Shown piece by piece: positions 49,136-54,121 of a DNA stretch of 54,121 nucleotides. Source of the stretch: Gemmatimonadales bacterium (GTDB lineage Bacteria > Gemmatimonadota > Gemmatimonadetes > Gemmatimonadales > GWC2-71-9). The notes under the pieces were generated by a model, which was not told the origin of the DNA, did not search any database, and saw only the letters and a program-made list of their open reading frames with translations. Positions within the stretch are counted from its first letter, which is position 1. Every line of letters begins with the position of its first letter. The position numbers and the translations under genes were made by a program. The DNA lies in NCBI GenBank assembly GCA_036379675.1, contig DASVGF010000051.1, positions 1-54,121 of the forward strand. Reading direction: 5' to 3'.

Positions 49136-49194
49136 GCGGTGAGAGGGCCCTGCCCATCACCTCCCGCTCACCTCTTGCCGCTTACCGCTCACGC
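49124..49194. repeat. Heptamer-built inverted-repeat element (copy B)
   Basis: Left arm AGTAAGC GGTAAGC GGTGAGA GGG. Right arm CCCGCTCACCTCTTGCCGCTTACCGCTCAC (49163-49192). AGCGGTAAGCGG (49128-49139) is the perfect complement of CCGCTTACCGCT (49179-49190). Contains the hbd stop. Confidence 0.85.
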
Positions 49195-49207
49195 TTCTGG
49201 AGAAGAC

Positions 49208-49795
49208 ATGCTCGGCTACGACTGGCCCCGTCTCCACGCCCTCCTGAACGACTTCCCGGCCGCCCTGCTGGTCACGGCGGTCCTGTTCGACCTGATCGGG
49301 CTCGCCACCCGCCGTCCCGGATTCCGCCAGGCAGGTTTCTGGACTATGCTGGCGGGCGGGGCAGGTGGGGTCGTAGCTGTGCTCTCCGGACTGCAGGCGG
49401 AAGATCACATCGCCCACGGCGACGCGGTTCATCGGGTCATGGAAACCCACGAGCAGCTCGGCCTCATCACGCTCGGTATCTTTGGCGTGCTGATCCTGTG
49501 GCGCATCGTGCGGGAGAAGCGCATGGCGAGCGGCGAGCGGGTCGCCTCGTTTCTCTTTTCGCTGGCGGGTGTCGGGGTCCTCATCGCCACCGGCCTGTAC
49601 GGCGGCCGGCTGGTATTCGAGCATGCCGCCGGCATCGGCACGCCCGTCCTGCAGGCTGAGCTCCAGGAGCGTACCCGGGACCATCACCACGAAGCCGGCG
49701 GGGGACACGAGGCGCCCACGGTCCCCGATTCGGCCGCGGCGCCGGCGCCGGCGGGGCACGTCGATCCCCCCGGTACGCCGCCGCACACCCACTGA
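49208..49795 (+). CDS. DUF2231-like membrane protein with His-rich C-terminus
   Basis: ATG 49208. LHALLNDFPAALLVTAVLFDL pattern, four TM helices, tail DHHHEAGGGHE...PPHTH. Confidence 0.5.
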   Translation: MLGYDWPRLHALLNDFPAALLVTAVLFDLIGLATRRPGFRQAGFWTMLAGGAGGVVAVLSGLQAEDHIAHGDAVHRVMETHEQLGLITLGIFGVLILWRIVREKRMASGERVASFLFSLAGVGVLIATGLYGGRLVFEHAAGIGTPVLQAELQERTRDHHHEAGGGHEAPTVPDSAAAPAPAGHVDPPGTPPHTH

Positions 49796-49797
49796 CT

Positions 49798-50316
49798 ATG
49801 CGCAGTCTCTGGCTCCTCAGTATCGGGCTGGCGGCCGCGTGCCAGCCTACTACGAACCGCCCCGCGGTGGTACCGCGCCCGGAGGCGGTGGGCCAGGAGC
49901 TCCGGCTCTCGCGGCGGGAAGCCACCCAGCGTCTTGCCGCGGCCCTCAGGGCTGACACCATTCCGATTCGCAGAGTGGAGCTTCGGGACGGATATATGGA
50001 AAGCCCCTGGTTCGACGCGCGCACCGGGCGGCCCACCAACCGGCGGCCGGTTGGATCGGGTGTGGTGAAGATTCGCGCCTGGGCGGACCCCGCCCGGCCC
50101 GGCAGCAGCCGTCTCACTGTGGAGACTCTCTATCAGCCGCTGGCGGATCCGTCCTTACCTCACCGCGAGCTGGAGCAACTGGTCCCGGCCGACCACCGGG
50201 TGGCCAGGAAGGTCACCGCGGTCCTGGCAAGGATGGCCGAACGCTACGGAGCACCACCTCCGCCCCAGCCCGAGGAGCCGCGGGCGGTGCAACCGAGCGA
50301 GACCAACCCCGAATAA
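49798..50316 (+). CDS. Lipoprotein of unknown function
   Basis: MRSLWLLSIGLAAAC has lipobox LAAC. Confidence 0.55.
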   Translation: MRSLWLLSIGLAAACQPTTNRPAVVPRPEAVGQELRLSRREATQRLAAALRADTIPIRRVELRDGYMESPWFDARTGRPTNRRPVGSGVVKIRAWADPARPGSSRLTVETLYQPLADPSLPHRELEQLVPADHRVARKVTAVLARMAERYGAPPPPQPEEPRAVQPSETNPE

Positions 50317-50318
50317 AA

Positions 50319-50345
50319 AGCCCGGCGACAAGGCCGGGCTTTTTC
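50319..50345. terminator. Rho-independent terminator (bidirectional)
   Basis: AAAAAGCCCGGC-GACAA-GCCGGGCTTTTT: 8-bp GC stem flanked by an A-tract and a T-tract between convergent genes. Confidence 0.8.
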
Positions 50346-50375
50346 GTTGTCCTCTCGAGCGGGCCGTCGTGTTTT

Positions 50376-51170
50376 CTAGGCCACGTACGCCCGCACCCAC
50401 TCCTCGAACTGTCCCAGGTTGAGAGCCGCGTCCTTGCAGGGGCCGGAGGGCAGGGTCATCGTGAGACCCAGTACCGGAATCTTACCCGCGACGTCGTGCA
50501 GGCCGCTCACCATGTCCCGCTCACACGCCACTGCCACCACGGCCCGCGGCCGCCGCTCGCGAATCACCCGGCGCGCCAGCTGACCGCGCGTGGCCACGAA
50601 GACCGGAACGCCGTAGCGCCCGGCGATTCCCAGAACTCCGTCGAGCGTCTCCTTGGACAGGCACCGGGGAATGAGCACCAGCAGCTCGCCCTGGCCCACT
50701 TTCCGTCCACGCCTGACCGCGAGGGCGTTGTACACCTTCACCGCCGCGTTCTCCACCCAGTCGCGCCGGCCGAACTGATCGGCGACCCGGGAGGTCAGGC
50801 GCATGAGCCGGAGGAACGGCCCCCGCTCGCCCAGCCGTTCGGGCAGGAGCGGCCGGCGAAGCTCATAAGAGAGGAAGATCAGGCTCCACCAGAGCCAGAC
50901 CACCGCCGCACCGGCGAGCAGGGAGCCCCACAGGATCCCGGGTACCGACCGGTGGATCCCACCGAGACGGGGTGCCAGCAGGAAGAGAGTCAGCGCCAGG
51001 GCCCCGAGCCCCACTGTCAGGGTAACGGCGGACCAGGCGAAGAAGAGGGCGGGCGGGGAATCGTAGTTTCCCTGGTTGGGCAGGGGCTTGCCGTTCCACT
51101 CGTCCCACTCGTGGCCCAGCCGTCGATCCACATCGATATGAATGAGTTGAGCGCGGGTGCCTTCAGCCAT
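50376..51170 (-). CDS. DUF116 family membrane protein
   Basis: N-terminal TM helices. LLVLIPRCL ... AVVAVACERDMVSGL ... LPSGPCKDAALNL resembles DUF116. ATG at 51170. Confidence 0.55.
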   Translation of the reverse strand: MAEGTRAQLIHIDVDRRLGHEWDEWNGKPLPNQGNYDSPPALFFAWSAVTLTVGLGALALTLFLLAPRLGGIHRSVPGILWGSLLAGAAVVWLWWSLIFLSYELRRPLLPERLGERGPFLRLMRLTSRVADQFGRRDWVENAAVKVYNALAVRRGRKVGQGELLVLIPRCLSKETLDGVLGIAGRYGVPVFVATRGQLARRVIRERRPRAVVAVACERDMVSGLHDVAGKIPVLGLTMTLPSGPCKDAALNLGQFEEWVRAYVA

Positions 51171-51199
51171 AGGCTGTTGAAGATACTTATCTTTCGACG

Positions 51200-52864
51200 A
51201 TGCTGCCTCCTCCGGAAATCCGCGGTATCTATCGGACCGATGTGAGAGCCCGGGCAGCATATGCCGAAGGGGCGGGCATCTACCGCATCGTCCCCCAGGC
51301 GGTTTGCCTGCCCGCCGATTCCGCGGACCTGCAACAGCTCGTGACTTGGGCCGCCGAGCACCGCGTGGCCCTCGTGCCCCGCGGCGCCGGCAGCGCCATG
51401 GCCGGAGGCAACGTGGGGGACGGCGTGGTCGTGGACCTCACCAGGCTGGCGCAGCGGCCGATTCAGATAGACGCCATGGCGCCCCGGGCTGTGGCCGGCT
51501 CGAGCGTAACGCTTGCTGAGCTCAATGCGGCAGCGGCTCGGTACGGACTCCGCCTGCCTCCCGATCCCTCGAGTGGCCGGTGGGCAACGTTAGGCGGGAT
51601 GCTCTCGACCAATGCCGCGGGCGCCAGATCCGTCCGCTATGGGAGCGTTCGCCGGTGGGTCGAGGGCCTGACGATGGTGACGGCCGACGGCGAAGCCGTG
51701 GAGCTGCGCCGGGGTGACACCAGCGCTGCCGGCCAGAGCTCGGCGGCCCTCACCCGCTTCAGTCGCGACGTCGCGCCGGCGATCCGGCAGTCCGCCCAGC
51801 TCATCGCCGCCCGGTTCCCTCACACCCGGAAGAACTCTTCGGGCTACGCCCTGGATGCCTACCTCGGCTCCGGCGATGTGCTGGACCTGATCATCGGCTC
51901 CGAGGGCACCCTCGGCATCGTCTCCCAGATCGACTGGCGGTTGGACGCCGTTCCGCCTTTTCGGGCCGGGCTTCGGGTGCATCTCGCCTCGCTCGATCGC
52001 CTCAGCGACGTGGTCCGAGCGCTTCAACAATGCGAGCCTTCCGCGCTGGAGCTGCTGGACCGGACGTTTCTCGAGCTTGTCGGGGCCGAGAGCTGGGGCG
52101 GGCCCGCCGGCGGCTTCGTTCCCGAGGCCATCCTGCTGGTCGAGCTGGAGCGGAGCGACCCCGAAGCGCTGCGGCAGGTGTTGGCCGGCGCGTCCGAAGG
52201 TATCCAACGCTGGGCAACCTCCATCGAAACAGCATTCTCACCCCCCCAGGCGGAGCGGCTGTGGGCCATCCGCCATGCGGCGAGTCCCATTCTCGCCGGC
52301 CTTCCCGAGGATAGGCGGTCGCTCCAGGTGATCGAGGATGCCTGCGTGCCCGTTGATCGAATGACTGAGTACATCCGGGCCGTTCGCCGCGCGGCGTCGG
52401 AGCGCGGGCTTTCGGTGGTGATGTTCGGCCACGCCGGCGACGGCCACCTCCATGTCAACCTCCTTCCAGAGCTGGCCCGCCCCGACTGGGAAGTGGCCGT
52501 CGCCCGCCTGCTGGAGGAGGTAACCGCGGTGGTTGTCCAGCTTGGCGGCACACCCTCGGGGGAGCACGGCGACGGAAGACTTCGAGCCAGCCTGCTCGAG
52601 CAGGTGTATGGGCCGGAGATCGTGGACCTGTTCCGCCGTACCAAGGCCGCGTTCGATCCACTCGGAATCCTGAATCCCGGGATTGTGCTTCCTTCCTGTA
52701 CCGGGGCTGGCGCCGGGGCGCCTGCGATCAGCCGCCTCAAGGTCGGCCCCGGCGCCGCCCCTCTACCGCCCGACATTGAGCGCGGACTCCGTGAGATCGA
52801 GGTAACGGGGGGATATCTGAGGTCCAGGCTGGAGCTGGCTGGGGAGCTGGGAGCTGGGAGCTAG
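51200..52864 (+). CDS. FAD-binding oxidoreductase (GlcD/D-lactate dehydrogenase-like)
   Basis: VALVPRGAGSAMAGGNV FAD-PCMH motif and GTLGIV. C-terminal GHAGDGHLHVN and GEHGDGRLR motifs. Confidence 0.85.
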   Translation: MLPPPEIRGIYRTDVRARAAYAEGAGIYRIVPQAVCLPADSADLQQLVTWAAEHRVALVPRGAGSAMAGGNVGDGVVVDLTRLAQRPIQIDAMAPRAVAGSSVTLAELNAAAARYGLRLPPDPSSGRWATLGGMLSTNAAGARSVRYGSVRRWVEGLTMVTADGEAVELRRGDTSAAGQSSAALTRFSRDVAPAIRQSAQLIAARFPHTRKNSSGYALDAYLGSGDVLDLIIGSEGTLGIVSQIDWRLDAVPPFRAGLRVHLASLDRLSDVVRALQQCEPSALELLDRTFLELVGAESWGGPAGGFVPEAILLVELERSDPEALRQVLAGASEGIQRWATSIETAFSPPQAERLWAIRHAASPILAGLPEDRRSLQVIEDACVPVDRMTEYIRAVRRAASERGLSVVMFGHAGDGHLHVNLLPELARPDWEVAVARLLEEVTAVVVQLGGTPSGEHGDGRLRASLLEQVYGPEIVDLFRRTKAAFDPLGILNPGIVLPSCTGAGAGAPAISRLKVGPGAAPLPPDIERGLREIEVTGGYLRSRLELAGELGAGS

Positions 52865-52971
52865 CAGGTGGAAGCGGAGGTGGCGCTCAGGTTCCTTATG
52901 CTCGTGATGAGGATATCTTTTCCGCTCGTCGCTCCTGGCCCTTGGCTCCCAGCTCCCGGCTCCCAGCTCTC
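52827..52971. repeat. Inverted repeat of GGGAGCT heptamers flanking an ~80-bp core (copy D)
   Basis: Left GGAGCTGGCTGGGGAGCTGGGAGCTGGGAGCT (52830-52862, inside the oxidase 3' end). Right GGCTCCCAGCTCCCGGCTCCCAGCTC (52944-52969, just before the thyX ATG). Confidence 0.85.
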
Positions 52972-53724
52972 ATGGAAATCATCCGCACCCCCACTGTAAC
53001 CCTGATCGCCCGTCCCCAGTTCATCGAGCCCGCCCACCTGCCGGTTCAGTGGAAGGGCCAGTCGAGCGATGGGGAGCGGATCGCCGAGTTCGCGGGCCGG
53101 CTCTGCTACATGAGCCAGCACAACCCCGCGGGCCGGACCACGGCCGAGTACCTCCGCAACATTCTCAGTCAGGGCCACGGCTCGGTCTTCGAGCACAGCA
53201 CGTATGTCATGCTGATCGAGGGGATCTCGCGCTCGTGCAGCCACGAGCTGGTGCGGCATCGGGCCGGCTTCGGCTACTCCCAGCTTTCCCAGCGGTATGT
53301 GGACGAGTCGCATGCCGCCTTCGTCATGCCTCCGGCCATCATGGGCGATCCGGCGGGCGAGTCCGAGTGGACTCGGCAGGTGGAGGGGGCGCAGGCGGCC
53401 TATGTAGCCTCCGTCGAGCGCTTGATGACCCGCTATGAGTGGGTGGAGGACAAGGTCCATCGGCGGAAGATGGCGCGGGAGGCGGCGCGGAGCGTCCTCC
53501 CCAATGCCACCGAAGTAAAGATCGTCGTGAGCGCCAACGTGCGGGCCTGGCGAACGATGCTCGAGCTTCGCCTGGGAGAAGGGGCGGAGCTGGAGATCCG
53601 ACGGATGGCCGTGGCCTGTCTCAGGGTGCTTCAGCAGGAGGCGCCGGCTCTCTTCGCCGACTTCGAGATCTATCAATCTTCGGAGGGAGGCGAGGCGGGT
53701 CGGGTAGGATTTCATAAGGTCTGA
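52972..53724 (+). CDS. thyX: FAD-dependent thymidylate synthase
   Basis: ThyX signature SCSHELVRHRAGFGYSQLSQRY (RHRxxSxxxxSQR). ATG 52972. Confidence 0.9.
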   Translation: MEIIRTPTVTLIARPQFIEPAHLPVQWKGQSSDGERIAEFAGRLCYMSQHNPAGRTTAEYLRNILSQGHGSVFEHSTYVMLIEGISRSCSHELVRHRAGFGYSQLSQRYVDESHAAFVMPPAIMGDPAGESEWTRQVEGAQAAYVASVERLMTRYEWVEDKVHRRKMAREAARSVLPNATEVKIVVSANVRAWRTMLELRLGEGAELEIRRMAVACLRVLQQEAPALFADFEIYQSSEGGEAGRVGFHKV

Positions 53725-53728
53725 ACTA

Positions 53729-53852
53729 CGGTAAGCGGTGAGCAGTACGCGGTGAGAGGGAGGTGCGAATGCAATGACCCTCCAGGGCCCGGACGAAGGG
53801 GGTCGTTCGATGCTGGGGACCCCCGCTCACCTCTTACCGCTTACCGCTCACC
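53729..53852. repeat. Heptamer-built inverted-repeat element (copy C, long core)
   Basis: Left GGTAAGC GGTGAGC AGTACGC GGTGAGA GGGAGG. Right arm CCCGCTCACCTCTTACCGCTTACCGCTCAC (53822-53851) matches copy B at 29/30 positions. The core contains nested hairpins (GGGGTC...GACCCC). Confidence 0.85.
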
Positions 53853-53941
53853 GGAAAACTCGATCCGACTTTTTCCCCAAAAACTATTGTGGTCCCAAAA
53901 ACTTTTTCTTACCTTAGATGCCATCGAAGCTCACTCGTCTC

Positions 53942-53969
53942 GGCTCGTCTCTCGCAGACGGCCTTTTTT
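53942..53969 (+). terminator. Rho-independent terminator-like hairpin plus T6
   Basis: GGC-T-CGTCT CTCGC AGACG GCC followed by TTTTTT (53964-53969), downstream of a 70-bp AT-rich patch. Confidence 0.5.
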
Positions 53970-54121
53970 GTAGAGGAAGCCTTTGGCAGTTCGGATCGGA
54001 CTCGCCTTCAATCTCAAACCTGCGGCGCCGGCTAGTCCAGCCGGGGCGAATCGCGATTCCCCCTCGACCACCGAGGCAGCCAACCGGGGATATCGCTCAG
54101 ACCTCCAGCAACCCGATCTCT

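Noticed and set aside
1-54121. Search for the integron integrase (intI), attI or a Pc promoter inside the window.
   Set aside because: No ORF in any frame shows tyrosine-recombinase motifs (R..H..R…Y). The attC polarity places intI upstream of position 1, so nothing is annotated.
53918-54121. Open reading frame from ATG 53918 to the window end, and alternative minus-strand frames ending near 53935 or 54031.
   Set aside because: The products are low-complexity (Ser/Arg/Pro-rich) and no motif is recognisable. The window ends before any decision is possible.

Overview
High-GC (~65-68%) bacterial chromosomal fragment, probably a soil-type lineage; that taxon guess is inference only. All family names come from motifs read by eye; no database search was run.

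Two parts:

(1) Positions 1 to ~16-17 kb are an integron gene-cassette array.
- I can read 13 full-length attC recombination sites (RYYYAAC...GTTRRRY, mostly GCCTAAC...GTTAGGC, ~100 bp, highly similar to each other) plus at least 10 half or degenerate copies.
- They delimit about 22 promoterless cassettes, mostly on the + strand.
- No integrase or attI is present in the window. The attC polarity places them upstream of position 1, so this is the distal part of a sedentary chromosomal integron, or a CALIN (attC cluster lacking an integrase).
- Cassettes encode a reversed RelE/ParE-RHH toxin-antitoxin pair, detoxification-type enzymes (amidohydrolase, DHFR-family, VOC, alpha/beta hydrolase, haloacid dehalogenase, DinB), several orphan proteins, and an unusually large set of exported proteins (7 with lipoboxes).
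- attC sites become progressively degraded toward the distal end.
- attC-like remnants also bracket lspA and a lipoprotein gene that is a paralog of a cassette gene.

(2) Positions ~17-54 kb are ordinary core-like genes:
- Beta-carbonic anhydrase, LVIVD/DUF305 pair, DUF488-DUF2277-SDR, CDP-alcohol phosphatidyltransferase, TerC, Big_2/TolB-like protein, GH15, rnhA, thiolase-SPFH-hbd, FAD oxidase, thyX.
- selD has an in-frame TGA aligned with the catalytic Cys (selenocysteine recoding), which the ORF track splits.
- A family of inverted-repeat elements built from tandem heptamers (GGTRAGC / GGGAGCT / TCACCTC) sits at the 3' ends of several genes.
- A Lys/Arg/Ala-rich histone-H1-like protein is encoded at 37978-38385.
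- An AT-rich island with a terminator follows thyX and may encode a small RNA.

No rRNA, tRNA or CRISPR was seen.
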